The notes under the pieces: model-generated
Database searches by the model: none
What the model was told of the DNA's origin: nothing
The model's input: only the letters and a program-made list of their open reading frames with translations
Position numbers and translations under genes: made by a program
In this document: piece after piece, positions 18,399 through 27,446 of the stretch
Layout of the letters: the number at the start of each line of letters is the position of its first letter
Position numbering within the stretch: position 1 is the stretch's first letter
Assembly: GCA_049903315.1 (NCBI GenBank)
Contig: JBNGBT010000004.1
Coordinates: forward strand, 208,031-272,030
Origin: Candidatus Cloacimonadota bacterium
GTDB lineage: Bacteria > Cloacimonadota > Cloacimonadia > JGIOTU-2
DNA: 64,000 nucleotides
Reading direction: 5' to 3'

Positions 18399-19153
18399 TG
18401 TATTTTAAGAAACTGCCTGTTTTGAAGATCGAGGAACTCAATAAAGATTATTTTGTGCTTGGAGTCCGAGATAAAGAACTCACACAAAAAATCAAACCGG
18501 GACAGTTTTTTCAGGTGAAAGATCCTGATGCAAAAATACCATTACTACCACGTCCGTTCAGTGTGTACAAAGTCAGAAATGATGAACTGGAATTTCTTAT
18601 AAAAATAGTCGGCGAAGCCACGAGAAAATTATCGGAGTTGAAAGAAGGAAACATCGTTCAGGTTCTCGGTCCTCTTGGAAATGGTTTCCCATCTTTTGAA
18701 AATAAAAGAGTACTTCTTGCAAGCGGAGGAATAGGATTTGCGCCCATGCTGTATCTCGAGCAAAAGCTGAAAGAAGCGGGTAATGAAGTCCATTTCTATC
18801 ATGGCGGCAGAAATAAAAAAGATATTTTCTGTGATGATGTGATAAATTGTACAGATGATGGCTCATGCGGGCATTTCGGTTTGATCACCACGCATATTAA
18901 AAAATATCTCGATTCGACTGAGATCGATGTCGTGTATGGCTGCGGACCAGAACCGATGTTGGAAGCGGTAGTAGAGATGTGCGTAGAGAAAAATATTTCT
19001 ATATATGTTTCTCTGGAAAGAGTCATGGCGTGCGGAGTCGGGGCGTGCTGCGGGTGTGTCGTTAAAATAAGAGAAAATAGCAAGGTCGTGTATAAAAAGG
19101 TGTGCAAAGACGGACCTGTTTTTGATGGCAAAAAGGTGGTATGGGATGAATAG
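18398..19153 (+). CDS. pyrK: Dihydroorotate dehydrogenase electron transfer subunit
   Basis: RPFS, GGIG, CGPEPM, MACGVGACCGC..CKDGPVF. Confidence 0.93.
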   Translation: MYFKKLPVLKIEELNKDYFVLGVRDKELTQKIKPGQFFQVKDPDAKIPLLPRPFSVYKVRNDELEFLIKIVGEATRKLSELKEGNIVQVLGPLGNGFPSFENKRVLLASGGIGFAPMLYLEQKLKEAGNEVHFYHGGRNKKDIFCDDVINCTDDGSCGHFGLITTHIKKYLDSTEIDVVYGCGPEPMLEAVVEMCVEKNISIYVSLERVMACGVGACCGCVVKIRENSKVVYKKVCKDGPVFDGKKVVWDE

Positions 19154-20048
19154 GTGTGAAATCATTTTCGGAAAAATGAAATGGCAAAATCCCGTTACCG
19201 TTGCCTCAGGCACTTTCGGACTGGAATATGCAGAACTCTTCGATCTGTCAAAGCTGGGTGCTTTGACCACGAAAACTATTACCCCTGAACCAAAAACCGG
19301 CAACAAACCTCAAAGAATAGTTGAGACTGAAGCGGGATTATTAAATTCTATCGGTTTGCAGAATCCGGGTGTGGATGAATTCATAACAAATGATCTGCCT
19401 GAATACCGAAAAATCAAAACGAATCTTATCGTGAGTGTGTCCGCATCTTCAATTGAGGAATTTGTAAAATTGGTGAAGAAGCTGGATTTTGAATCAGGCA
19501 TCGATGCATACGAGATAAACGTGTCCTGCCCGAATGTTGAGAACGAAGGCATTACATTCGGTACTGACCCGGAAATTGTTTTTGATCTCACAAAGAAGTT
19601 GAGAGAAGCAACAGAGCGAACACTTATTATCAAACTTTCACCGAATGTAACTTCGATCACGGATATTGCCAAGCAGGTGGTAAATGCAGGTGCAGATGGA
19701 CTTGCGCTTATAAATACCCTATATGGCATGGCAGTCGATGTGAACACTAGAAAGCCGAAACTGCATAATATTATTGGCGGTTATTCGGGACCTGCCATCA
19801 AGCCGGTTGCATTGCAAAATGTATATAAAGTGGCACAAGCTGTAAATGTCCCAATCCTTGCAATGGGCGGAATTTCTTCTGTGAATGATGCACTGGAATT
19901 TATCATTGCCGGTGCTAGAGCAGTAGCAATAGGCACAAATAATTTTGTGAATCCTTTTGGAACAATAGAGATCATTCAAGGAATTCAGGAATATTGCATA
20001 AATAATAATATCCATTACAAAAACTTAATTGGTTCTATACAAACATAA
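19146..20048 (+). CDS. pyrD: Dihydroorotate dehydrogenase 1B catalytic subunit
   Basis: ASGTFG, NSIGLQNPG, NVSCPN, KLSPN, SGPAIKP. Confidence 0.95.
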   Translation: MNRCEIIFGKMKWQNPVTVASGTFGLEYAELFDLSKLGALTTKTITPEPKTGNKPQRIVETEAGLLNSIGLQNPGVDEFITNDLPEYRKIKTNLIVSVSASSIEEFVKLVKKLDFESGIDAYEINVSCPNVENEGITFGTDPEIVFDLTKKLREATERTLIIKLSPNVTSITDIAKQVVNAGADGLALINTLYGMAVDVNTRKPKLHNIIGGYSGPAIKPVALQNVYKVAQAVNVPILAMGGISSVNDALEFIIAGARAVAIGTNNFVNPFGTIEIIQGIQEYCINNNIHYKNLIGSIQT

Positions 20049-20058
20049 GGAAAAAAAT

Positions 20059-20595
20059 ATGAGTAATACAAAGAAAATATTAGATGAAAAAGAGATGGAG
20101 CGGATTCTCAAACGCCTGGCAAACGAAATCATAGAAAAGAATAAGGGCTGTGAGAATCTCTATATTGTCGGCATTCACACGCGCGGAGTTCCTCTTGCCA
20201 AAAGGATAGCGGACTATATTGAAAAATTTGAAAATGAGTCAATCAGAGTCGGCGCTCTGGATATCACACTCTATCGGGATGACCTTGCGTACATAGAGCA
20301 TCAGCCGGTTATTCAGGATTCAATTCTCAATTTTGATATCGAAGGAAAGCATATTCTGCTAGTTGATGATGTGCTCAATACCGGCAGAACAGCCCGGGCA
20401 GCGCTCAATGCAATTCTGGATTACGGTAGACCGGCATCGATACAGTTTTTGGTTATTGTTGATAGGGGAAATAGAGAGTTGCCGATCCAGGCAGATTTTG
20501 TGGGCAAAAACCTGCCGACCGCGAAATCGGAATCAGTGCAGGTTCACTTACAAGAAATAGATGGCGAAGATGAGGTCTTGATCATCAAAGAATAA
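20059..20595 (+). CDS. pyrR: Bifunctional pyr regulator/uracil phosphoribosyltransferase
   Basis: GIHTRGVPLA, LDITLYRDDL, LVDDVLNTGRT, DRGNRELPIQADFVG. Confidence 0.95.
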   Translation: MSNTKKILDEKEMERILKRLANEIIEKNKGCENLYIVGIHTRGVPLAKRIADYIEKFENESIRVGALDITLYRDDLAYIEHQPVIQDSILNFDIEGKHILLVDDVLNTGRTARAALNAILDYGRPASIQFLVIVDRGNRELPIQADFVGKNLPTAKSESVQVHLQEIDGEDEVLIIKE

Positions 20596-20607
20596 AAGGA
20601 ATATCCT

Positions 20608-21414
20608 ATGAAATCCAAAGAAAAATACTATCAGATTGCTGAGAAAAATAACTCACTTGTATGTGTGGGACTGGATTCCGATATAGAGAAAATTCCAATA
20701 CATCTTAGAAAAGAATACGAGTTACCCCAGTTTGAGTTCAACAAACGCATCATAGATTCTACAAAAGATCTTGTTGCAGCATATAAACCGAATTTTGCAT
20801 TTTATGTCTCACAGGGAATAAAAGGCATCGAGTCCTTGCAGAAAACCATATCCTATATTCCTGATGACATTCCGGTGATCCTCGATGTGAAAGTAGGGGA
20901 TATCGGCAATACGATGAAGCATTATGCAAAGGCATATTTCGATGTTTTCAACGTTGATGCACTGACAGTAAATCCTTTGATGGGTTATGATGTCATTGAT
21001 CCGTTTGAGAAATATAAAGATAAATACCTCTTTGTTCTCGCACTCACTTCCAACCCATCCAATACTGATTTTCTAAACTCTGAATACATGCTTTATGAAG
21101 GAATTTGTGAGAAGATCAATGAGTGGGATCAGGACATGCTTGGTGCAGTTGTCGGTGCAACAAATGATGAAGAAATGAGTGCGATCAGGGGCATGCTTCC
21201 TGATTCAATATTTCTTATTCCCGGCATCGGTGCGCAGGGTGGTAATCTTGAAAAAGTGATGAAATATACTACCGGAAAAGAACACCCAAATATACTCATC
21301 AATTCCTCGAGAGGTATTATTTTTTCTTACTCCAAAGAAAATGAAAATGATTTTAATGCGTCAGCCCGTGAAGCCTGCAAAGAGTTACAGGAGAGGATCA
21401 ATAATTTACTATAA
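20608..21414 (+). CDS. pyrF: Orotidine-5'-phosphate decarboxylase
   Basis: CVGLD, YKPNFAF, DVKVGDIGNT, PGIGAQGG, NSSRGII. Confidence 0.95.
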   Translation: MKSKEKYYQIAEKNNSLVCVGLDSDIEKIPIHLRKEYELPQFEFNKRIIDSTKDLVAAYKPNFAFYVSQGIKGIESLQKTISYIPDDIPVILDVKVGDIGNTMKHYAKAYFDVFNVDALTVNPLMGYDVIDPFEKYKDKYLFVLALTSNPSNTDFLNSEYMLYEGICEKINEWDQDMLGAVVGATNDEEMSAIRGMLPDSIFLIPGIGAQGGNLEKVMKYTTGKEHPNILINSSRGIIFSYSKENENDFNASAREACKELQERINNLL

Positions 21415-21426
21415 TGCTCAATAAAC

Positions 21427-22185
21427 TTAATTGATACTTTCTAATAGCATCTCCAGTCTCTTGAATCGTAACATTCGTCGATCCCGAGTAATAATGTCTT
21501 TCCATAATATATAATGCTTTTCTGACAATCCAATTGAATAAACTATACAAGATCCAAAATAACAATAATTATACGTTGCGAAATATATAAGCAAATCTTC
21601 AATTTGATAGTAATCATTATAATATTTTTTTGCTATATTATATTGACTTCTTGGTCCTTTAAAAGTCCAGCTATTCATCTCTTCTGTGTCATTGTGATAC
21701 ATAACATCACAAAGACAAAAGTATAGATCCGGTTCCTCTGGTATAGTCCAGGTAAATGTATAATCTTCATTCATATCGAAAGTGTCAGGCCATGTTGTTT
21801 CTGGTTGATAGGTCAAATTCATCCCACCAGAATATGTTTTTTCATTAACTTTAAGAGTATATGAAATGCTGTCGCCTGGATTAAGTGGGGTAAAGGTGCT
21901 GTCAAAGGTGGGACTATACGTCCACAAAAAAAACCAACCGCTTATCTCGAGTGGAGCTGTACAACCGTTGATCGTTATCTCACCCGAAGTAAGACTATCA
22001 TGAGTTACAACTGTAATTTCTACGTCTTTGCTGTTGGAAACATCGATCTCCATAATCTACGGAATAGAAAGCCACTCAAGAGGATTATCAGGGAAATCTC
22101 CCGGTTCTGTTGTGTTCTTTGAGCAACTGAACACCAGTGCTAAAGCCAGCATGATGCAGATTAAAAATATTATTTTATCTTTCAT
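21427..22185 (-). pseudogene. Lipoprotein gene interrupted by an in-frame TAG (22057-22059)
   Basis: AAGGAGG SD, ATG 22185, lipobox LVFSC; codon 43 is TAG; the same frame continues as the 208-aa ORF. Confidence 0.7.
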
Positions 22186-22427
22186 GCTATCCTCCTTGAA
22201 CGTATTAACCATTTATCGTAAGAGTTTTGTCAAATATTTCTCTATGTATTTAGATTTTTTTTAATATGAATGCTTCTACAGTATCTTGGGGAAAAAGAAA
22301 ATTTAAATATTGCTACTTATGATAATAAAAGATAAAATTCACACAAATTCTTGACACAACCGATTATTACTACAATCAAAACCATTAAATAATGTGATCA
22401 TTGAAAATATTAGAGGAGTATTAACTA

Positions 22428-24704
22428 ATGAGAACAAAAATTTTTATATGTTTATTAATTATTGGAATTTGTTCCTTTGCTTTCGCAGATGAAAGAGGAT
22501 GCACACACAAAGAAATTCATCCAGATGGTTTTATTTCTGTTGGAAATGCAACTCCATATAACCCACCGGAAAAAACGGGGCGTGAGCCAACCGCAATTAC
22601 CAGGGACGGAAATTGGGTTGTGGTTGATTCATTGGAGCTTTCTCATTATGTTAATGCAGGGAGTATGTACAGTGTCTATTTCAATAATGATAATGATTCA
22701 CTCGAGCAGTATCCGATCTATTCCGAATATACCTTATTGAACGAGTCGAAACTGGCGATTGCAAAAGCTCCCAAGTGGTTGAGAAAAGATCTGTACAATG
22801 TGCTGTCCCATGTGAACGAACTGCATCAGCCGGAATGGGCATCTGCGATCAACGATGCGGAGGATCCTTATATAGATGAGATTGCCTTTTGTATTGCTCA
22901 CCTTTCACCAGAATATCTTTCTGCAAATGTCGCAGGGGACCTGTATGGTTCTGCAGAACTTATACAGGAAAATGCAGAGATGATCTATAACAATGCCCAA
23001 TATCTGGATTATGTTGAAGTGGTTGATTATGGAAGCTCGACAACAGATGAGAATTACTATTCTACAACACGTTACACCAAAGTGAATGCTCGTGGAGACA
23101 CTGTACATGTAGAAGTTCCAAAGGAAATCTATTACTGGTATATTGTCGATCCAAAAATCACTGATGAGATTCCTGCGTATATTGATCCAGATATTGTTGA
23201 GGATAATAGCACTCATACTAATAATTTTGCCGATCCGCCAGTTGGAGTTTTCTGGAGGAATTACCTTTTTAATCATGCAGATGTTGACTACCCAATCTTG
23301 AGGGACTCATTGGCAAATTGCGCGGTTGTCTGGGACGGTACACAGAATGTGAATGCTTCGAAAACACATGCACTTGCGGTCATAACCCGTTGGATTAATG
23401 CAACAATGGATTTTACATCGAACTATGAAAGACCCCACCAACCGGTACGCATTTATAAGAAGCATATCGGCAGATGCGGAGAACATGCGGATATATCTGC
23501 AGCAGCAGCGCGTTCCGCACTCATTCCCTGCACAAGCATTTTGGCTATATCGGGCGATCATACATGGAATGAATTCTGGGATGATGGCTGGGTGCAATGG
23601 GAGCCGGTCAACAACTCTCTTGATAATCCTCTCGTGTATGAAAATGGATGGGGTAAGGTCTTTGGTTCTGTATTCGAAATTCGAAGTGACGGTTGGCTTA
23701 ATTCTGTAACAGAGAGATATTCCGAAGGTTCAGCAACCATCACGATCTATGCATTGGACAATCTTGGCAATCCGATTGACGGTGCTGAAGTGTTACTTGG
23801 CGTACAGTCGGGAACAAGTATTTTAGTGGATAATTATGGCATAACAGATAATGACGGGAAGTATACATTCATAGTAGGTGAAGGAAGACATTATCATGCG
23901 CGAATCGATACAGATATCGGTAGCTATCCTGTTGCAAGCGGTACTCTGGAAAGTTTGGTGGAAAATTCCGTGAACGGAGAAGAATATACATTTTCAATGA
24001 CAGTTTCCGGTACGATGCCTGTTTTGAATCATGTCGAGGTTGATGTGCCGGAGGATACAGTAGATGATTATCTCGTTTCTGTCGAATTTACTGTTCCTTC
24101 CCAGATTGTTTCCGGTCTGTCACTTATGGACGATTTGGATAACTCGACCCTGTATAAAAAAGAAGCAACAGGCAGCATCGATTATGTCATGACCGATGAT
24201 CTCAATTTCATCTGGTTCATGATGAACATACCCTTTGAATGCTTTAATATGTTTTTAGGTGTGGATCAGGGTCAGGTTGATTTTAATATTCCTGTTGGCT
24301 CTGATTGGTATTGCAACTATTCCAATATTTTGCACCTCAATAATCTGCAGGATGTTGAGGGATTTGCACGCTTATATTCTTATGTGCCAATTTCCGTTGA
24401 TGAACCTGGTCAAAGTGTAAATTCTGATATTTTGTTGATGAATTCTCCTAACCCCTTCAATGGATCGACCACTATATCCTTTGTTGGAACCACGAATTTA
24501 CACGAATTTACACGAATTGAAATCTATAATATAAAAGGGCAGCAGGTTAGAGAATTGGAGCTTGAATGCTCCAAATCAGGATCAAGTGCAGTATGGGACG
24601 GCAAAGATCATGAGGGGAAAAAAGTGAGTCCGGGCATTTACTTCTTTTCATTATGTCTGAATGGTGTTGATAAACAAATCAGGAAAATGTTGTTGATTCA
24701 GTAA
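22428..24704 (+). CDS. Secreted transglutaminase/PNGase-like protein with T9SS/FlgD-like C-terminal domain
   Basis: GRCGEH, DHTWNE..W..WEP; C-terminal NSPNPFN..IYNIKGQ..WDGKD..GIYF. Confidence 0.75.
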   Translation: MRTKIFICLLIIGICSFAFADERGCTHKEIHPDGFISVGNATPYNPPEKTGREPTAITRDGNWVVVDSLELSHYVNAGSMYSVYFNNDNDSLEQYPIYSEYTLLNESKLAIAKAPKWLRKDLYNVLSHVNELHQPEWASAINDAEDPYIDEIAFCIAHLSPEYLSANVAGDLYGSAELIQENAEMIYNNAQYLDYVEVVDYGSSTTDENYYSTTRYTKVNARGDTVHVEVPKEIYYWYIVDPKITDEIPAYIDPDIVEDNSTHTNNFADPPVGVFWRNYLFNHADVDYPILRDSLANCAVVWDGTQNVNASKTHALAVITRWINATMDFTSNYERPHQPVRIYKKHIGRCGEHADISAAAARSALIPCTSILAISGDHTWNEFWDDGWVQWEPVNNSLDNPLVYENGWGKVFGSVFEIRSDGWLNSVTERYSEGSATITIYALDNLGNPIDGAEVLLGVQSGTSILVDNYGITDNDGKYTFIVGEGRHYHARIDTDIGSYPVASGTLESLVENSVNGEEYTFSMTVSGTMPVLNHVEVDVPEDTVDDYLVSVEFTVPSQIVSGLSLMDDLDNSTLYKKEATGSIDYVMTDDLNFIWFMMNIPFECFNMFLGVDQGQVDFNIPVGSDWYCNYSNILHLNNLQDVEGFARLYSYVPISVDEPGQSVNSDILLMNSPNPFNGSTTISFVGTTNLHEFTRIEIYNIKGQQVRELELECSKSGSSAVWDGKDHEGKKVSPGIYFFSLCLNGVDKQIRKMLLIQ

Positions 24705-24958
24705 TGTTTACGGCAGTTTTTCGGTAAAAAATTGGAAATTTTAGTTTATAATACCCATACTGCAAGTTATACGATTACTGATCATAAACGTGAAGAGGGA
24801 ATACCGGCAGGATTGTTGAGGGATTGAGATAAATTCTTGACAGACTCCATTGAGTATATCGAAACCATAATCAAATAATTATGCTGTTAATAGAGATACA
24901 ATTTGCTATTAATGTACATTCATAAACTGTAATTTATAAATGAAACTGGAGATAGAAA

Positions 24959-26431
24959 ATGAAAAAAAGATTTATTGCTTTTAGTGTTGTATTTTTTACT
25001 ATGTTATTTGTCTTTACAAGCATAAAATTAACACAATGTTATGCACACGACAGCGAAGAAGTAAATCTTCAGATCATCACAGAGGATTTAGCGCCTTATA
25101 ATTTTAGATCTGAAGATGGAGAGATCACTGGTCGATCCACAGATGTGGTGAAGGAGATATTATCTCGGCTTAGTTTGAATATCGAAATTCAACTTATGAA
25201 TTGGAATAAGGCGTATGCAATGGCTCTTTCTAAGCCGGATGTCATCCTTTATTCAACCTTTCGCACCGACGATCGCGAAAATCTATTCCAATGGGTTGGT
25301 CCAATTGCATCTGATGAGATATTGTTCTATGCATTAAAGGGATCGGCTCTTGTCATCCGCAGTCTTGAAGATGCTAAAGCAGTTTCAGCGATCGGGGTAG
25401 TAAAGGATGATGCTCGTCATCAACTGCTTGTGCAGAATAATTTCACGAATTTGAAACTTTATCCAACTGATGTGGAGTGTTACAAAGCTCTTGCAAATGG
25501 AGAAGTTGATCTCGTATTGGGAATCAATGCAAGTATGGCTATGATGGCAGGTCAGGCGGGTTTGGATCCGTCTGAATTGACATCGGTTTATTCCGTAAGA
25601 AAAACTCCGATCTATATTGCTTTTAATAAAAATATTTCGTCCGATATTGTGGAAGAGTGGCAGAACACACTTAATCAAATAAAACGAGACGGGACATTTG
25701 ATAATATAAATGAACGTTGGGGTGGCGGAACTATACAGGGTTACACGAAATCAGATACAGGCATTGGGATAACCTCGATTGCCGCAACACAACTCCTTGC
25801 AGGATATGTTGACCTTCGTCTTGGTGAATTTCTTGCTGTGTTGCAAACTTTATCCTATACAGATCAAGTCCGTTCAGGAAACTGGGAAAAAATGAAACCA
25901 CTTCTCGTTGAGCGCGAAAACGCAGAGCAAGCTGGACGCATTTGGTACCTGTTACCTGATGGTTCATATTGTACTACTGTGGATGATCTCACGAGCAAGA
26001 ATCTAAAAAGCCGTTCATATTTCCCTGGTTTGATCGCAGGAAACTCCGTTCTTGGTTCAGTCGTTGTGAGTAAATCTACAGGCAAACCAGTAGCCGTTGT
26101 AGCTGCTCCGATTATAAAGAATGACAAGGTAGCAGGAGCACTCGGCACTTCGATCTACATGCAGGAAATTAATGATGAAATCCGAGATACATTCCCGTTA
26201 CAGTCTAATCAGATGTTTTTTGCAGTCGCAAATGATGGGGTCATTTCTTTACATTCAGATGATGAATGGATAGGGCAGCAGATAGGTAATATCAACAGTG
26301 ATCTGGAGTCAAATTTAGTTAAGGATTCTGGTGAGTGCAATTTTACATTTGACGGAAAGGACTGGCATGCAGTGTGGACAACTGCACCCAAAACAGGATG
26401 GCGCATTGTCATCGCTAGTATAATGAATTAA
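24959..26431 (+). CDS. Family-3 substrate-binding domain fused to a Cache-like domain
   Basis: TEDLAPYNF..RENLFQWVGP..DGTFDNI; SRSYF..VVSKSTGKPVAVVAAPI..TGWRIV. Confidence 0.75.
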   Translation: MKKRFIAFSVVFFTMLFVFTSIKLTQCYAHDSEEVNLQIITEDLAPYNFRSEDGEITGRSTDVVKEILSRLSLNIEIQLMNWNKAYAMALSKPDVILYSTFRTDDRENLFQWVGPIASDEILFYALKGSALVIRSLEDAKAVSAIGVVKDDARHQLLVQNNFTNLKLYPTDVECYKALANGEVDLVLGINASMAMMAGQAGLDPSELTSVYSVRKTPIYIAFNKNISSDIVEEWQNTLNQIKRDGTFDNINERWGGGTIQGYTKSDTGIGITSIAATQLLAGYVDLRLGEFLAVLQTLSYTDQVRSGNWEKMKPLLVERENAEQAGRIWYLLPDGSYCTTVDDLTSKNLKSRSYFPGLIAGNSVLGSVVVSKSTGKPVAVVAAPIIKNDKVAGALGTSIYMQEINDEIRDTFPLQSNQMFFAVANDGVISLHSDDEWIGQQIGNINSDLESNLVKDSGECNFTFDGKDWHAVWTTAPKTGWRIVIASIMN

Positions 26432-26506
26432 TTTTATGTGATTTCTTGACAGAAATTGCACTCTAGTTTGGAAGGTTAATAGTCAATAATCTTCGAGGAG
26501 AAAAGA

Positions 26507-27301
26507 ATGAAAAACAGGATGATTGTTTTTGGTGTTGTATTTTTTGCCATAATATTTATATTTACAGGTCAGAAAATAACAAAATGTTTTGCGCAGGACA
26601 ATGAAGAAGTAAACTTACAGATCATCACAGAGGATTTCGCTCCCTATAATTTTAGATCTGAAGATGGAGAGATCACGGGACGTTCTACAGATGTGGTTGA
26701 GGAAATATTATCACGACTTAGTTTGAATATCGAAATTCAACTTATGAACTGGAATAAGGCCTATGCAATGGCTCTCTCGAAGCCGGATGTAATTCTTTAT
26801 TCAACCTTTCGCACCGATGATCGTGAAAATCTTTTTCAATGGGTTGGTCCAATTGCAACTGATGAAATGTTGTTCTATGCGCTTCAAGGTTCAGATATTG
26901 TGATCGACAGTCTGGAAGATGTAAAGGAAGTTGCAGCGATTGGAGTAGTGAAGGATGATGCCCGTCATCAACTGCTTGTACGGAACAATATAATGAATCT
27001 GAAACTTTATCCGACCGATATGCAGTGTTACAGGGCTTTGGCAACCGGTGAAGTCGAACTCGTACTTGGAAGCAATGCGACCATGGCTATGATGGCAGGC
27101 CAGGCAGGTGTGGCTGCATCTGAACTGAAACCGGTCTATTCCGTGAAAAAGACTCCACTCTATATTGCTTTTAGTAAAAATATTTCACCAGATATTGTGG
27201 AAGAATGGCAAAGTACACTTAATGAAATGATACAAGATGGAACATTGGATACTATCAATCAAAGTTGGACTGTTACAGCCATACAGGATAGCACGCAATA
27301 A
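26507..27301 (+). CDS. Family-3 substrate-binding protein (paralog of the preceding N-terminal domain)
   Basis: Long stretches identical to 24959-25720. Confidence 0.85.
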   Translation: MKNRMIVFGVVFFAIIFIFTGQKITKCFAQDNEEVNLQIITEDFAPYNFRSEDGEITGRSTDVVEEILSRLSLNIEIQLMNWNKAYAMALSKPDVILYSTFRTDDRENLFQWVGPIATDEMLFYALQGSDIVIDSLEDVKEVAAIGVVKDDARHQLLVRNNIMNLKLYPTDMQCYRALATGEVELVLGSNATMAMMAGQAGVAASELKPVYSVKKTPLYIAFSKNISPDIVEEWQSTLNEMIQDGTLDTINQSWTVTAIQDSTQ

Positions 27302-27446
27302 GACTCAATCCTCATGCTCCAGCACAAAAACTGAATAGAGATTAGTCATAATGCATTTCATAAAGTAGTTCCGTATATTTTCTTGACAGAAATATTAAAT
27401 GAAGGTGTAAATTTTTCTTAATTAAAAAATTCCGCGGAGGAAAAAA

